Of a DNA stretch of 64,000 nucleotides, positions 10,132 to 21,959 are shown piece after piece. Source of the DNA: Armatimonadota bacterium (GTDB lineage: Bacteria > Armatimonadota > HRBIN16); the NCBI GenBank assembly GCA_963677485.1, contig OY781964.1:160001-224000 (forward strand). Reading direction: 5' to 3'. The notes beneath the pieces were generated by a model. It searched no databases and was not told the origin of the DNA. It saw only the letters and a list, made by a program, of their open reading frames with translations. Position 1 is the first letter of the stretch. Each line of letters begins with the position of its first letter. Both the position numbers and the translations under genes were made by a program.

Positions 10132-11337
10132 TTACCCGCCGGGCAGATAGCGGTTGCCGAAGCCGACCACCTGCTCGTTGCTGCGGTAAGCTGGTGGCGC
10201 AGGATTGAGCCACCTCAGCAGATCGTCCTTCATCGAGAAGGCGTAGAAGTGCGTGCCCTTGGGGTTGTAATGGCCAATGAACAGACGTCGGGCATACGTC
10301 CAGGCATCCACCCGGAAATCCTTGAAGTCCTGCACATGCTTCTCAATCGCATCGATGTAGGGATACCCGCTCTGATGCAGCCAGTCAGAGAAGCCCTGGT
10401 CGTGGCGAGGCCGTCCTTCCAACACATCGACCACATGAGCATCACCATAGCTCTGCATGATCATCAACTTGCGGTTCGTGCGTTTTGCCCATACAAAGGC
10501 CCGGTTGACGATTTCGATACTGGCACGGTGCGCATACTCGTCGTAGGTGGTTTGGTTGCTCTGCCAGACATGCTCAGGATTGTCCCACTGCAGTGACAGA
10601 CCAAACATCTCAGCCGTCTGCTTAATCTGGTCGAGTGGCACGTCGGTGCAGTGTTGCTGGACCATATACATCTGCGTCACCACATCGTATGTGAATGTCG
10701 ATTGGATGTAATCAGGGTCAGTCAGCGCATACAGCGACTGGGGTGTGGGGCAGAGGCTTTTATGCTCCTCGAGGGCACCATTTTGCGGATTGAAGCGCAC
10801 GTAGTCCCATGGGTTGCTGTGGAACATATATGCGGCTTCTTTCGCGTTGAACCACGGGATGCAGCGCATATACCGGAAGCTGTCAATGCTGCGATGGTGA
10901 TCGTCGCTGCCCCAAATGTTCAGCACCACATACTCCGCAGCCGCATCCGTGGCTTCGGTGCGCATCATGCGCCGAAACGCCTGGTACACACCATATCCCC
11001 CCACCCCAAAGTTGCGGATGGGCTCCCCAAAGTGCGCGGCCAGATACTCCTGCCAGGTCTCGCCATCGGAGACCTGATGGCACATGGTAAAGCTGTTGCC
11101 ATATGTATTGATGCGACAAGGCTGATCGCCATAATGAACCATCTGTCGCTCACCATATGGACCGTAGTTGCCAAAGGTCAAGCATTGGTCCATCCCGTCA
11201 CGAACCACGCTGTCGCGCAGGGTGTATCCCAGCTCTGGGTCAAACTTCGCCCAGTTCGGGGCCTCAGGGTCTAAAAAGTGGTCGATCTGTTCTTTACGCA
11301 GAACCAGAGAATCCAGGAATTCGCGCACAGTGGCCAT
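10132..11337 (-). CDS. SGNH/GDSL-like hydrolase, function unknown
   Basis: YGNSFT block I and NFGVGGYG block II; C-terminal GHYNPKG. Confidence 0.6.
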   Translation of the reverse strand: MATVREFLDSLVLRKEQIDHFLDPEAPNWAKFDPELGYTLRDSVVRDGMDQCLTFGNYGPYGERQMVHYGDQPCRINTYGNSFTMCHQVSDGETWQEYLAAHFGEPIRNFGVGGYGVYQAFRRMMRTEATDAAAEYVVLNIWGSDDHHRSIDSFRYMRCIPWFNAKEAAYMFHSNPWDYVRFNPQNGALEEHKSLCPTPQSLYALTDPDYIQSTFTYDVVTQMYMVQQHCTDVPLDQIKQTAEMFGLSLQWDNPEHVWQSNQTTYDEYAHRASIEIVNRAFVWAKRTNRKLMIMQSYGDAHVVDVLEGRPRHDQGFSDWLHQSGYPYIDAIEKHVQDFKDFRVDAWTYARRLFIGHYNPKGTHFYAFSMKDDLLRWLNPAPPAYRSNEQVVGFGNRYLPGG

Positions 11338-11416
11338 AGTTGTCGCCTCACGATGTAAAGAGTTCTATATGAACTGTTTTTATGGAACACATTGAACGTA
11401 CAGATCGGCCTTCAAA

Positions 11417-12676
11417 TCACGCAAGCTTGATGAGCTCACCGCCGCCAGGAGCGAGATCAAGCTCAAGCCAGCCATCGCGTGGGGGCAACGGGATGTACCT
11501 CGCCAGACGGCGGTCGTATATTGTGGATTTGATCTTCTCGCCAAGCTTCAACCGGCAGACCGCAGACTTGGTGTAGTCCTTATTGGCGATCAGTATCACG
11601 CCATTTGTGAACATCCCAAGAGTAAACCGGCCACCCTCAGCTTCACGTATGACGGCGTTGGGTTTGAAAGGCTCGACGGGTTCGGTCTCTGGCCCGACAT
11701 GCATCACCCCCAGACTCCGCTTTTGGTAAAGCAGACGTCCGATGGGTAGTATCTCCTTGTTTACATCCGCGATTTCGGCATAGTTATGCGTGCGTTTGCC
11801 GTCTTCCGTAATACAGGCGTTATGGAAGTTCCATTCATCCATACCAGGTGTCCAGTAGGTGAACCAGCACAGAGCCTTTACACCGTAGGCCAACGCCTGG
11901 TAGCAGTCCCATCGCAGCTCCGCCGGACCTGGGTCGCGGTATGGCCCGTGTGGCAACAGTAAAGTGACCACCACCATGGGCAGCCGATGTTTTTGGCACA
12001 CCTCCCAGGTGATCTGCAGGTTTTCAAGATAGCCTGGCCGGTCCAGTCCTGATCCTTTTCGATCCCAGGCGTTTTCCCAGATCGCCCGATCGCGCTCATT
12101 CAGCTCAGATGGAGGGGCCGGTGCCTTAGAATCAAGCAGCCAGTGATAATGGTCATAACTGACGACTGACGGTTTGACCGCACCAATGAATTCCTCAAGA
12201 TGGTGCCGGTAATCCACCGAACCAAGCTGCTGCGGACTGGCATAGGTCGGGAATAGGTTGATGAAGCTGAGGTGTTTTGAATCAAGCTTTTTCAACTCAG
12301 CCGTGATCTGCCCCAGACGAGGGAATATCTTCGCACTGGGTTCATCGGTTACGAAATAGGCCTCAAGAGCCGGGTGAGATCCAAACTCGTCATCAACCTT
12401 CTTCAGGTCATCGTCAATAGGTCCCTTAGTGCCTATCGCGGTATATATCCTTGGGTCGGCTAATAGCACTTTCATACCCAGATTCTTGCCGATATCGAGA
12501 AGCTTATGGTTAGTATCATCGGAGACAGTGTCTTCTCGAACGCCAGATGAGTTCATGATGCCGGTGCCAGGCGGGCTGATCATGGTAAAACCAGCATCCC
12601 GTATCTCCTTGTATCTCGCCAAAGTGGTTTCACTCGGCGGCGGGCCAAACCAATACATAATATGAAAGCGGTCCAT
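11417..12676 (-). CDS. Putative glycoside hydrolase (clan GH-A-like TIM barrel)
   Basis: YFVTDEP, FINLFPTYA, SYDHY, ALAYGVKALCWFTYW motifs; GAGGTG RBS. Confidence 0.55.
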   Translation of the reverse strand: MDRFHIMYWFGPPPSETTLARYKEIRDAGFTMISPPGTGIMNSSGVREDTVSDDTNHKLLDIGKNLGMKVLLADPRIYTAIGTKGPIDDDLKKVDDEFGSHPALEAYFVTDEPSAKIFPRLGQITAELKKLDSKHLSFINLFPTYASPQQLGSVDYRHHLEEFIGAVKPSVVSYDHYHWLLDSKAPAPPSELNERDRAIWENAWDRKGSGLDRPGYLENLQITWEVCQKHRLPMVVVTLLLPHGPYRDPGPAELRWDCYQALAYGVKALCWFTYWTPGMDEWNFHNACITEDGKRTHNYAEIADVNKEILPIGRLLYQKRSLGVMHVGPETEPVEPFKPNAVIREAEGGRFTLGMFTNGVILIANKDYTKSAVCRLKLGEKIKSTIYDRRLARYIPLPPRDGWLELDLAPGGGELIKLA

Positions 12677-12713
12677 ATCATCACCTCAGAAGTTTATTAT
12701 GACTATTATAGCA

Positions 12714-13838
12714 TTACGGTAAACTAGCAGAATTACCATACCTTCGGTCCTTCACAACTTTGATTATGCCTCTGGTTGCCAGTTTGAACGCCTTGTAATA
12801 CATCCACCAGCTCCAGCCGATTATCCATAGTATTGTGACGATGAGGAATACCGCTTTCACAGGGTCGGGCAGTCGTTCGCCCGATATTGTGCCCAGTCCC
12901 ATGAATATGCCGAACAGAACCAGCGCACGAGGGCCTTGGCCAAACACATGCGGCCTGCGCGGTGGTTCGCACACGAGGGCTTGCTGGCTGCCTCGCCAAA
13001 ATATCCAGATGAACAGTGCATACAACACCCAGATGCTGATCTGATACCGTAGTGCAGGCATGAAGGCCACCTGAATATTACTTCCTTGTATAAGGAAGAC
13101 CGCCTCAAGAGCAAGCCCCGCACCTAATAACCCTACGCCAGTCGGAAGTCCCTGCTTCATTGGCAGCATCTCGCCTCGGCTGCGACGGTTCCAGATCGTC
13201 ACCAGCAGTGCGATCAAACCAGCGTTTAAAATCATCATGACCGCAGTAAATAAGCCATTACCTTTTGGATGCGTTGTCGCGTTGAATATACCCGTCAGCA
13301 ATCCTAAAATCGCGACCGTCCAGGGTGCCTGCTTCGGATTGAGCAGCACACGGCGCAACTTGACAGGCGTCCAGAGCCTCCACTGTCCAGTGTGCAGACA
13401 GAGCGCATCAGCGACCGCCACCGGGACCAGGAAGCTCATCAGTGGATGGTAGGCCAGAATCACCCATAGAATCGCGGTCATATCGAGCCCTATCAGTCGG
13501 AAACCAGGGGTAGGGAAATAGGGGTGCCATGCGACTTTGGTGATGTATGCTTCATACAGCCCGAACACTGCACCAGCGGCTACCATCACCGCCACATGCG
13601 GCGTGCCGCGACGATGCGTCAGTGCGGCCAGGATCATCGCATGGAGTCCATACAGCGGTATCAAGGCAATCACACCCCATACTGATATCACGCCCGTGGG
13701 CGATGAGCCGGTGACGACCTCTGCGAAGAACACAGAGAGGCAGCTCAAAATCAGCCAGAATAGCCACCGCGGTGCCCCTTTCGGCACCTCAGCTTCGCCC
13801 TGATTCACCATGTCACATTTCCTTTTTGGTATGCGCAA
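12714..13838 (-). CDS. Multi-pass membrane protein of unknown function, paralog B
   Basis: About 10 hydrophobic segments; LSVFFAEVV, PLYGLH, FGLYEAYITK, YHPLMSF. Confidence 0.75.
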   Translation of the reverse strand: MRIPKRKCDMVNQGEAEVPKGAPRWLFWLILSCLSVFFAEVVTGSSPTGVISVWGVIALIPLYGLHAMILAALTHRRGTPHVAVMVAAGAVFGLYEAYITKVAWHPYFPTPGFRLIGLDMTAILWVILAYHPLMSFLVPVAVADALCLHTGQWRLWTPVKLRRVLLNPKQAPWTVAILGLLTGIFNATTHPKGNGLFTAVMMILNAGLIALLVTIWNRRSRGEMLPMKQGLPTGVGLLGAGLALEAVFLIQGSNIQVAFMPALRYQISIWVLYALFIWIFWRGSQQALVCEPPRRPHVFGQGPRALVLFGIFMGLGTISGERLPDPVKAVFLIVTILWIIGWSWWMYYKAFKLATRGIIKVVKDRRYGNSASLP

Positions 13839-14919
13839 TATTCCGGCTTCGTCGCAGCCGAATGCGATGCGGAGCTATGGCCAGCCGCAATGCTTGAATC
13901 AACATCCATAGACTCCATATGATGCCCGCAAACATGAAGGTCACGTACAGCAGGTTACGCGTCACCGCACCACTGCCGGCGAAACTAAATGAGGTCAACG
14001 TGACAACCCCTCCGAACACCAACAGGGCAACAGACGCAGCCGGCACGCGATGCACCCGAGTGGGCTGCGCAGCCCCGTAGCTCCAACGGCTACTGCGCCA
14101 CATCAACCATACAAATGCCGCATACAGCACCCAAAGGCTGATGGATCCCTGCAGGCCAGGCAGTGCTTCGGGCCGGATCGTCAGGCCCAACAGCATGTAA
14201 TAGATGAGCAGCACGACCGCACACGCCACAAGTTCCAACCCCCTTGGCAGCATGTCCCGCATAGTTCCGTTGCGGCCTTGAGCCATCTTGTGATACCACC
14301 ACACCAAGCCAACGATGAGCAGACTGTGCATACTAACCATCAACCCGGTTCCATGCCACAAGCCAGACTTATCCATCGCCCCCTGCATCACGCCATTCAG
14401 AGCTCCAAACACCACTCCCGCAAGCACGGCGAACCACAGGATGCGTTTGGGGCTCAATACCATTCGGCGTATCCATCTGGGGCTCCAAAACCGCCATTGG
14501 CCGGTGTGAAGCAGCAGTAGGTCCGCTGTCCACAACGGCAGCAGGAACGCCATCAACGGGTGCCAAAATAGAATGACAGATAACAGCGTGGGAATATGAA
14601 TGCCTAATACTACCTGCGAGGGGTCAAACGGATGAGATGGGTTCCACAGCTCCTTGGTGATGTAGGCTTCATAGAGCCCGAATATCACCCCGGCTGCCAC
14701 AACAGACGCCACGTGCGGAGTGCCTTTACGGTGCACCAGCGAACCCAAAATCACCGCGTGAAGCCCATACAACGGCAGCAGCACACCAATACCCCAGCGT
14801 GAGAACAGCCCAGTCGGCGCATAGTTACTGACCACCTCGGCGAAATAGACCGAGAGGCAGCCAAGGATGAGACAGAAGAGAACCCTCTGCCCCTGACGAG
14901 GTAAAATCTGAGTAGGCAT
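13813..14919 (-). CDS. Multi-pass membrane protein of unknown function, paralog A
   Basis: Same motifs as the neighbouring gene (LSVYFAEVV, PLYGLH, FGLYEAYITK, WHPLMAF). Confidence 0.75.
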   Translation of the reverse strand: MPTQILPRQGQRVLFCLILGCLSVYFAEVVSNYAPTGLFSRWGIGVLLPLYGLHAVILGSLVHRKGTPHVASVVAAGVIFGLYEAYITKELWNPSHPFDPSQVVLGIHIPTLLSVILFWHPLMAFLLPLWTADLLLLHTGQWRFWSPRWIRRMVLSPKRILWFAVLAGVVFGALNGVMQGAMDKSGLWHGTGLMVSMHSLLIVGLVWWYHKMAQGRNGTMRDMLPRGLELVACAVVLLIYYMLLGLTIRPEALPGLQGSISLWVLYAAFVWLMWRSSRWSYGAAQPTRVHRVPAASVALLVFGGVVTLTSFSFAGSGAVTRNLLYVTFMFAGIIWSLWMLIQALRLAIAPHRIRLRRSRNIAHTKKEM

Positions 14920-14951
14920 GAATCAACTATAGCAGATTTCAGTACCAGCCA

Positions 14952-17900
14952 TCACGGTATATGCAGTTCATGAGGGCCATTGGCGGACTCCGTCTCACCA
15001 TATGGGCTTTCCGCCATCACAGTCCAGTAATAGCGACCGGGTTTCATCTTCGGTAATACCAGCTTAAGGCCCTTCACAGCGCCGCAACGCCTCCCAGCAG
15101 CCATATCTTTACCCTGTGAGACGATCACCACCCAATGGTCTGCTCCGCTCCGCGCTTCCCAATTCAACTCGATCCCTGTTTCGCCGAAATGCGGCTCTTC
15201 GAGATAGAAAGGCGATGGTATCCGCTGCGTGCATCCAAACCATGACTGGTAATACGAGCCTGACATCCCGGCACTGGCATAGTCACAGAGTTTAAACTCA
15301 TGCCCATCGCCGTCAACTAGCCTGGTCAGCAGCCACGGAGCGTTACTTCCCTTCCACGCGACAGGCTCGATATGGGCACCTGTCATGTTGATTGGGTATT
15401 TGGAGCCCACGGATTGGCTTCTGTCATATCTGGTGTCGCATGACAACAGGATGGGTCCCTGGTATAGGCTCACCTTGTCTGCGTAGTTCTCCTCACCCTT
15501 CCACACCCTCAGCGAAAAATCCAGAGCCAAGTGCAGCACATCACCGGTCTGCCATCGGCGACGCAAGACCATATAGCTGCCAGCAACAGGCTGGGGCTGC
15601 GGTTCGCCGTTCACCGTCACGCGTGTGTGCGCCGACCATTTTGGAATCCGCAAATACACCGTGAACTCCGATGGTTCTGACACCGTAACTTGGATGTTGA
15701 TGTCGCCTTTCGCAGGATACTCAGTCACTTGCTTGAGTGTGATCCGTTGGCCTGTCTCCAGGGTGGCTGACATCGTCGATGGGCCATAATAGTTCAGCAC
15801 CAGACCATCGGACTTCCGCATCAAGGCCCAGTCCGCAATCATGCCTATCGCACGAGGAGCATTGGTAGAACAGCAACTGAGCAGTGGTCCGTCCGCTGGG
15901 CCTTGCACAAGCTCGCCATATTTCCGGCGGCCGTCGGGTTGGTTGGCATAGGCAGCATACGACCCGTCACTCGGGAACGAGCCTAACGCGCTGTTCAGCG
16001 TGCTCCACTCAAGCTCATCGGCGGCTCGTGAGTCACCCGTCAGCTTCAGCATATCTGTAGAGAGCGCAATCCATGCCACGGTGCAGCAGGTCTCGATGGC
16101 CCCTGGGGCATATGGGGTGCCTCGCAGTGCCTCGTCAGTCGTGAACCCTCCCGTGTTATGACGATCGGAGCGCAGCATCGTCCACCACAGATATTCGTAA
16201 GCCTTGCGGTAATCTGAATCTCCATTCAGCCAGTAGAGCTCTGGGAGTGTCTGCGTATTATGAACGCCCTCCCAGCGGCAAGCCGGGAACTCCACTATCG
16301 GCCGATGCTCTTTACCTAGTCTAAAATAGCTCACGCCGTCAAGCTCGTTGCTGGCCTCACTCACAATGTAGTTCGCGAAGTTCAGATAACGCGGCTCCTT
16401 TGTCTCCTTATACAGCAGTACCATCGCGTGGCTCATCGCCTCAGTGCCGCCGCCGATTTTCGGGTAGGCACCTGCCTGAGGACCGTATACCCGAATCACC
16501 AGGTCGGCGGCCTTCTGCGCCGCTTCGAGCGCAGGCTGGTATCCGGTGTCACTGTAGTAGTTCACCAAGCTGTCGATGATGGCGTAGTGGCTCCAGATGT
16601 CGATATGGCCACTGAGGTCAGCAAATGGCCCCAGATACCCATCATCGCGCTGACAGGCGATATACTCCTTCACGAAGCGGTCCATGCGTTTCTTCAAAGC
16701 TTCGTTGTGGGTCAACCGCCAGAGAGCCTGTCCCGAGTTGATATACTGCCCGCCGTAGATGCCAGCCCACGGAAGCAGATCCATCTGAGGACGCTCGCGC
16801 AGTATCCGCAGCATGCCCGGGTTCTTGTCCGGCATATCGATCCAGAACTTCACCAGTTGGTCCACACGCTCACGTAGATAGCCGTCCAGTTCGATGCGGA
16901 GGTCAGCAGGCCGCACCATCTCTGGCTGCACAACTTGAGTCTGTGTTGCCACATCCGCAGGTTTGTTCCAGTCCACGAATGTAAATCGGCGCAGCTCCTT
17001 GGATCGAACCTCACCATAGCTGTTTTTAGCGACCGCAGTCCAGTAGATTGTGGCTGCCCCCGCCTGCTCAGCGCTCAAGTCAAAGCTAGTCTGCTTGCCA
17101 ACGTCGATACTCTTGAGCAATTTCGCAGACTCTCGGTCGGCATAGATGCGTACACAGTATTCATCCGCCCCCACCGAGCCGTTCCACTCCAGCTTTTTCA
17201 CGCCCCTGTGCGCCTGCATCCCATCAAAGGGCAGACATAATGCCGGTGGGGCTGGTAAGCCAGTCGGCTTTCCCATATGCTCCAAATCGCCTGTGGTGAC
17301 CAGCGGGCAGGAATCACTCAGGCTCATGGCTGTCGCAAGAACCCAGACCTTCGGTCGCGCGGCGTTTAACAGGCGGATTTCTTCAATATCACCATTGAAC
17401 TGTGAATCAGGGGCATCTGTGACGCTGCGGCCGTAATACATCCTATCTGGCTTGTCCGCCCCAGCCGGAAGCACACCCGATGCGAATTGCGTCCCGTCCA
17501 GGCTGAGAATACACTCGCCATCAGCACGGGCGGTGAACACCACGCTGTGCCACTGATCGGGGCTCACTCGGTCAACACTCAGTTCACGCCCTGCCCGGTT
17601 TTGCAGCACCAACTTGTGGGTCTCCACAGATAGCTCATAGCGGTCGCTCGAAAACACAGTAAGGTGTCCCTCGCCTCTGGGACGGATCCGGCATGCCAGC
17701 GTGAAATCCTGACCCAAAGTTTTGACGGTCTCTGCCGATGCTTTCAGGAATCCGGGTTGGGCACGGTAAAGGCTGACCCACGGATTGTGATGCCCAAGAT
17801 ACATGCCTGGAGCCCACCCATGCTGCGCCACATGACCAGTTGGCTCCAACCGCAGGCTAATTTTCACAGCGTTGTCCACATTGTTATACAGATGGAACAC

Positions 17901-18305
17901 ACCCAGTCTATTCGCATCCCACACAGTTGCCGGCTTGGCGACCTCGGCTCTTGAATTTCCAAAGTATAGCCAAAAGAACCGATCACTTTTGAGCTTGCTG
18001 ATGCGGGGAATGCGCACACAAACCCGGATGCCCTGTTGTGACCAGGAGACGATCTCAAGCGGAAGCGTCTTACCATAGGCTGACACCGCTCTGAGGTCAC
18101 GGCCATCAGCTTGGGCTAGTGTCCGTGCGAATTGGGTGTCCTTTAACTGCATCCACAGGGTAAAGTCGGTCATGTCCTCAGCGATCTCTGGAGCATTGAT
18201 ATCCACCCGCTGGCGGTACTGCCAGTGGCCATCCCACCAACTATCAGCTAAAGATATCGAACTGCAGAGTATCATCAAGCTCACCGCCATTATCATCACA
18301 CGCAT
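14952..18305 (-). CDS. Secreted GH127/GH146-type beta-L-arabinofuranosidase-like protein with N-terminal DUF2341 and LamG-like domains
   Basis: Signal peptide; WWDGHWQYR...DGRDLR (DUF2341); FNGDIEEIRL (LamG); ETCC and CC..N zinc/cysteine motifs; LRIPKW. Confidence 0.85.
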   Translation of the reverse strand: MRVMIMAVSLMILCSSISLADSWWDGHWQYRQRVDINAPEIAEDMTDFTLWMQLKDTQFARTLAQADGRDLRAVSAYGKTLPLEIVSWSQQGIRVCVRIPRISKLKSDRFFWLYFGNSRAEVAKPATVWDANRLGVFHLYNNVDNAVKISLRLEPTGHVAQHGWAPGMYLGHHNPWVSLYRAQPGFLKASAETVKTLGQDFTLACRIRPRGEGHLTVFSSDRYELSVETHKLVLQNRAGRELSVDRVSPDQWHSVVFTARADGECILSLDGTQFASGVLPAGADKPDRMYYGRSVTDAPDSQFNGDIEEIRLLNAARPKVWVLATAMSLSDSCPLVTTGDLEHMGKPTGLPAPPALCLPFDGMQAHRGVKKLEWNGSVGADEYCVRIYADRESAKLLKSIDVGKQTSFDLSAEQAGAATIYWTAVAKNSYGEVRSKELRRFTFVDWNKPADVATQTQVVQPEMVRPADLRIELDGYLRERVDQLVKFWIDMPDKNPGMLRILRERPQMDLLPWAGIYGGQYINSGQALWRLTHNEALKKRMDRFVKEYIACQRDDGYLGPFADLSGHIDIWSHYAIIDSLVNYYSDTGYQPALEAAQKAADLVIRVYGPQAGAYPKIGGGTEAMSHAMVLLYKETKEPRYLNFANYIVSEASNELDGVSYFRLGKEHRPIVEFPACRWEGVHNTQTLPELYWLNGDSDYRKAYEYLWWTMLRSDRHNTGGFTTDEALRGTPYAPGAIETCCTVAWIALSTDMLKLTGDSRAADELEWSTLNSALGSFPSDGSYAAYANQPDGRRKYGELVQGPADGPLLSCCSTNAPRAIGMIADWALMRKSDGLVLNYYGPSTMSATLETGQRITLKQVTEYPAKGDINIQVTVSEPSEFTVYLRIPKWSAHTRVTVNGEPQPQPVAGSYMVLRRRWQTGDVLHLALDFSLRVWKGEENYADKVSLYQGPILLSCDTRYDRSQSVGSKYPINMTGAHIEPVAWKGSNAPWLLTRLVDGDGHEFKLCDYASAGMSGSYYQSWFGCTQRIPSPFYLEEPHFGETGIELNWEARSGADHWVVIVSQGKDMAAGRRCGAVKGLKLVLPKMKPGRYYWTVMAESPYGETESANGPHELHIP

Positions 18306-18445
18306 CGTTGTCAGAAGCTCCTTATAAGGCCAAATTCATTTCAGTGTATCAGCAGTAAACTGATCATACAAATCAACGGAATATGTGTCATACCAGAACC
18401 GATCAATTGCTATACTGTAATCAGTGCCACTTAGGAGGAACCGCC

Positions 18446-19291
18446 ATGAAGATCATCTCTTTCGAAAACAACGGACAAGCGTGCTGGGGATTCACCCAGA
18501 ACGACCGAATATATGACCTCAGTGTGCCTACTGGCTTCAGCAGCCTTAAGAACTACCTGGACCACGGAGGGACGCTGGCTGAATTGCATAAGCTGAGTGT
18601 CGATGTCCCTGAACTGGGAGCCTTTGACACCTACCCCCTGCTCCCCCCGGTGCCAGACGCGGGGCGTATCTTCGGCATCGGCTGGAACTATGGAGAACAC
18701 TGCGCGGAGCAGAACCAGAAGCTGCCCAACTGTCCAGCGATATTCATGATGCCCCCCACAGCACTCACCGCGCACAACGCGACGGTCACCCGCCCGGCTA
18801 TCACCAGCCAACTGGATTATGAGGGCGAACTGGCTGTGGTGATCGCCAAAACCATTAATCACGCTACCGTTGAGAACGCGCTGGATGCCGTTTTCGGATA
18901 CACCATCCTGAATGATGTCACCGCTCGTGATCTACAGAACGCGGAGGGCCAGTGGACTCGCGCCAAAGGTGCCGATGGCTTCGCTCCCTGTGGGCCTTGG
19001 ATTATCACCGCCGACGAGATCCCTGATCCGCAGATACTGAACATTGAGACCCGCGTCAATGGAGAGATCAGGCAAAAGGCCTGCACATCCGACATGCTGT
19101 TCTCTGTCGCGAAAATCATCCAATTACTCACAGAGGTCATCACACTGCAGCCAGGTGATATCATCAGTACAGGTACGCCCAGCGGAGTTGGTGCCCACCG
19201 AAACCCGCCTGTGTTCCTTCAGCACGATGATGTTGTTGACATTACCATAGATAAGGTAGGCACACTGACTTCCATAGTCGCAACCGGATGA
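18446..19291 (+). CDS. Fumarylacetoacetate hydrolase family protein
   Basis: AGGAGG RBS; [31 protein letters not shown]. Confidence 0.92.
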   Translation: MKIISFENNGQACWGFTQNDRIYDLSVPTGFSSLKNYLDHGGTLAELHKLSVDVPELGAFDTYPLLPPVPDAGRIFGIGWNYGEHCAEQNQKLPNCPAIFMMPPTALTAHNATVTRPAITSQLDYEGELAVVIAKTINHATVENALDAVFGYTILNDVTARDLQNAEGQWTRAKGADGFAPCGPWIITADEIPDPQILNIETRVNGEIRQKACTSDMLFSVAKIIQLLTEVITLQPGDIISTGTPSGVGAHRNPPVFLQHDDVVDITIDKVGTLTSIVATG

Positions 19292-19361
19292 CGCCGATAA
19301 CGGGTATGCTCTATATAATGCATCTGGTTCAGCCAGTAAAATCACCTGGAGGTACACACCT

Positions 19362-21884
19362 ATGCGCGCAGTTGTGATGGCAGGTGGAGAGGGTACGCGC
19401 CTGCGCCCCCTGACCACCGGAAAGCCGAAACCATTGGTCCCCGTGATGAACCGCCCCATCATGGAACACATCTTCATGCACCTGAAGTCTTATGGAATCA
19501 CAGAGATTGTGGTGACACTATATTACCTTGCCGATCAGATTTCGGGCTATTTCGGTGACGGCTCTGAGCTCGGTCTGGATATCAAATACAGCATCGAAGA
19601 GAGCCCTCTCGGCACCGCAGGGGCAGTCAAACAGTGTGAGAAATACCTTAAAGATGACTCTTTCGTGATCGTCAGTGGAGACGCGCTAACCGATGCCCGC
19701 CTGGACCGCGCTATCAACTTCCACAGAGGGCGTGGAAGCATGGCCACGCTGTTATTAGCGCGGGTCCCAAACCCGCTGGAATTTGGTGTCGTCGTGACGG
19801 ACAACGACGGGCACATCGAGCGGTTCCTGGAAAAGCCCGACTGGAGCAATGTATTCAGCGATACGGTTAACACCGGTATGTATGTTCTAGAACCTGAAGT
19901 ATTTGACCTCATGGAGTCTGGTAAGAATGCAGACTGGAGCCAGGATGTTTTCCCAAAAATGCTACAGCAGCAAAAGGCACTCTATGGTTATGTATTGGGC
20001 GAAGACGAATACTGGTGCGACATAGGCAACCTGGAACAATACCGCGAGGCTCATGATCATATTTTCGACGGTAAAGTTAAGATCAGTATGAAAGCTGTCG
20101 AAAGCAGTCCTGGGATATGGGTTGAGCCAGGTGTCAATATACAAGCTGGTGCCAATCTGGAAGCACCCGTTTATGTCGGCAAACAGAGCATCATAAAGAA
20201 AAACGCTCACGTCGGTCCATATACAGTCATCGGTGAAAACTGCATCGTAGAAGAGCAAGCCACTGTAGAACGCAGTGTTCTTTGGGGTTCCGTTTATGTG
20301 GGCCGTGACAGCCATGTCTCCAGCTCCGTGGTCGCCTCACACAGCGTGTTAAAACGGGAAGTCACCGTGCGGGAAAACTGCGTGATCGGTGACCATGTGA
20401 CGATGGGCTCAGGCAGCACCTTGAAGGCCGGTTTGAAGATCTGGCCTGATAAGTATATTGAACGCGGTGCTGTGGTGACGATGAGCTTAATATGGGGGCG
20501 CAACTGGCAAGGATCATTGTTCCGAGCACTGGGAGTGCAGGGCATCACCAATGTCGAGCTAACCCCCGATTTCGCCAGTAAACTGGCCGCCAGTTATGGT
20601 GCCAGCCTGCGTAAAGGCAACACTGTGTTGTTAGCCCGTGACAGCCACCGCGCCTCCAGGATGATCAAACACAGCGTGTTAAGTGGGCTGCTGAGCATGG
20701 GAATGAATGTGGTGGACCTCCGCACGATGCCCGTTCCGATTGTCCGTCACTATATAAGTGTAGCCAGTGCTTCGGGCGGCATTAATATACGAGTATCACC
20801 GAATAACCCCCGTCTCACCGTGTTGGAATTCTTCGACAAGAACGGTGTTTACCTCTCAAAGCAGGCAGAACGAAAAATCGAGAGCATCTTTTTTCGCGAA
20901 GATTTCGCACGAACTGATGCCGATGCCATTGGCGAGCTGGATTACGATGCCAGAACGGTAGAGCAGTACCAAGCAGATTTCAGCAGGCATATCGAGAGCC
21001 GCCTGCTCACGGGTTCAAACTACCGCGTGGTGGTGGATTTCGCGTTTCACCGTATGGCCAGCATTCTGCCGTCCATCCTGGGCCGGCTAGATTGCGATGT
21101 CATAGCACTCAATGCCTATTCGGACCCTGATAGGGCTCCGCACAATGCAAGCGATCGGTTTAACCACATCGAGAACCTGAGCCAGATCGTGAACACACTC
21201 AACGCCGATATGGGTGTGCTGTTTGAAAGCGACGGTGAGCGCATGGTCATCGTCACACCGCAGGGCGTGGTGTTGAGCGACCAGCAACTCTTTCTGCTGT
21301 ATGCTCAGACGATGGCAAAAGCACATCGAAAGACACGTGTCGTAGCCCCCGTATATGTCAGCTCTACGCTGGAATCTATAGTCGCCCAATACGGTGGTGA
21401 AGTGGTGCGTTCGCGTTGCGATATCCGCGACATCCATGCCGTGACTCTTTCGCAGGATCCCCCGATATCACTAGCCAGTGATGGCTTCGGCGGTTTTATC
21501 CTGCCGCAGTTCCAAAATTCGTATGATGCACTGTTCGCATTTACCAAACTGCTGGAACTGCTCAGCAGAGCCAACACCACACTTCCTGAACAGGTCGCTT
21601 GTTTACCGGAACTACACATACGCCACGAAACAGTACCCTGTCCCTGGGAACTCAAGGGTATGGTGATGCGGAAACTCACCGAGCAGTATCAAGACAACCA
21701 TAATGTCGACCTTCTGGACGGGATTAAGGTCCGAGACGAAACGGGATGGAACCTGATCCTGCCCGATGCATTTGACCCGGTATTCCACATCTGGAGCGAA
21801 GATACGAATGCTGAGGATGTGGTATTTCGCGTCATGCACACGTGTGAGGTCGTCAAAGCCATCGTCGAAATCAAGGAAAAATAA
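19362..21884 (+). CDS. Mannose-1-phosphate guanylyltransferase / phosphomannomutase-like fusion
   Basis: [20 protein letters not shown]-transferase motif; hexapeptide beta-helix; C-terminal PGM/PMM domains. Confidence 0.9.
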   Translation: MRAVVMAGGEGTRLRPLTTGKPKPLVPVMNRPIMEHIFMHLKSYGITEIVVTLYYLADQISGYFGDGSELGLDIKYSIEESPLGTAGAVKQCEKYLKDDSFVIVSGDALTDARLDRAINFHRGRGSMATLLLARVPNPLEFGVVVTDNDGHIERFLEKPDWSNVFSDTVNTGMYVLEPEVFDLMESGKNADWSQDVFPKMLQQQKALYGYVLGEDEYWCDIGNLEQYREAHDHIFDGKVKISMKAVESSPGIWVEPGVNIQAGANLEAPVYVGKQSIIKKNAHVGPYTVIGENCIVEEQATVERSVLWGSVYVGRDSHVSSSVVASHSVLKREVTVRENCVIGDHVTMGSGSTLKAGLKIWPDKYIERGAVVTMSLIWGRNWQGSLFRALGVQGITNVELTPDFASKLAASYGASLRKGNTVLLARDSHRASRMIKHSVLSGLLSMGMNVVDLRTMPVPIVRHYISVASASGGINIRVSPNNPRLTVLEFFDKNGVYLSKQAERKIESIFFREDFARTDADAIGELDYDARTVEQYQADFSRHIESRLLTGSNYRVVVDFAFHRMASILPSILGRLDCDVIALNAYSDPDRAPHNASDRFNHIENLSQIVNTLNADMGVLFESDGERMVIVTPQGVVLSDQQLFLLYAQTMAKAHRKTRVVAPVYVSSTLESIVAQYGGEVVRSRCDIRDIHAVTLSQDPPISLASDGFGGFILPQFQNSYDALFAFTKLLELLSRANTTLPEQVACLPELHIRHETVPCPWELKGMVMRKLTEQYQDNHNVDLLDGIKVRDETGWNLILPDAFDPVFHIWSEDTNAEDVVFRVMHTCEVVKAIVEIKEK

Positions 21885-21887
21885 GAA

Positions 21888-21916
21888 AGCGGGCTGGAAA
21901 TCACTTCCAGCCCGCT
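21888..21916. terminator. Stem-loop between convergent genes
   Basis: agcgggctggaa / ttccagcccgct 12-bp inverted repeat. Confidence 0.65.
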
Positions 21917-21959
21917 CCTCATATCTGCAGTTTCGCATGACCACAAGGGTCATCTACGA

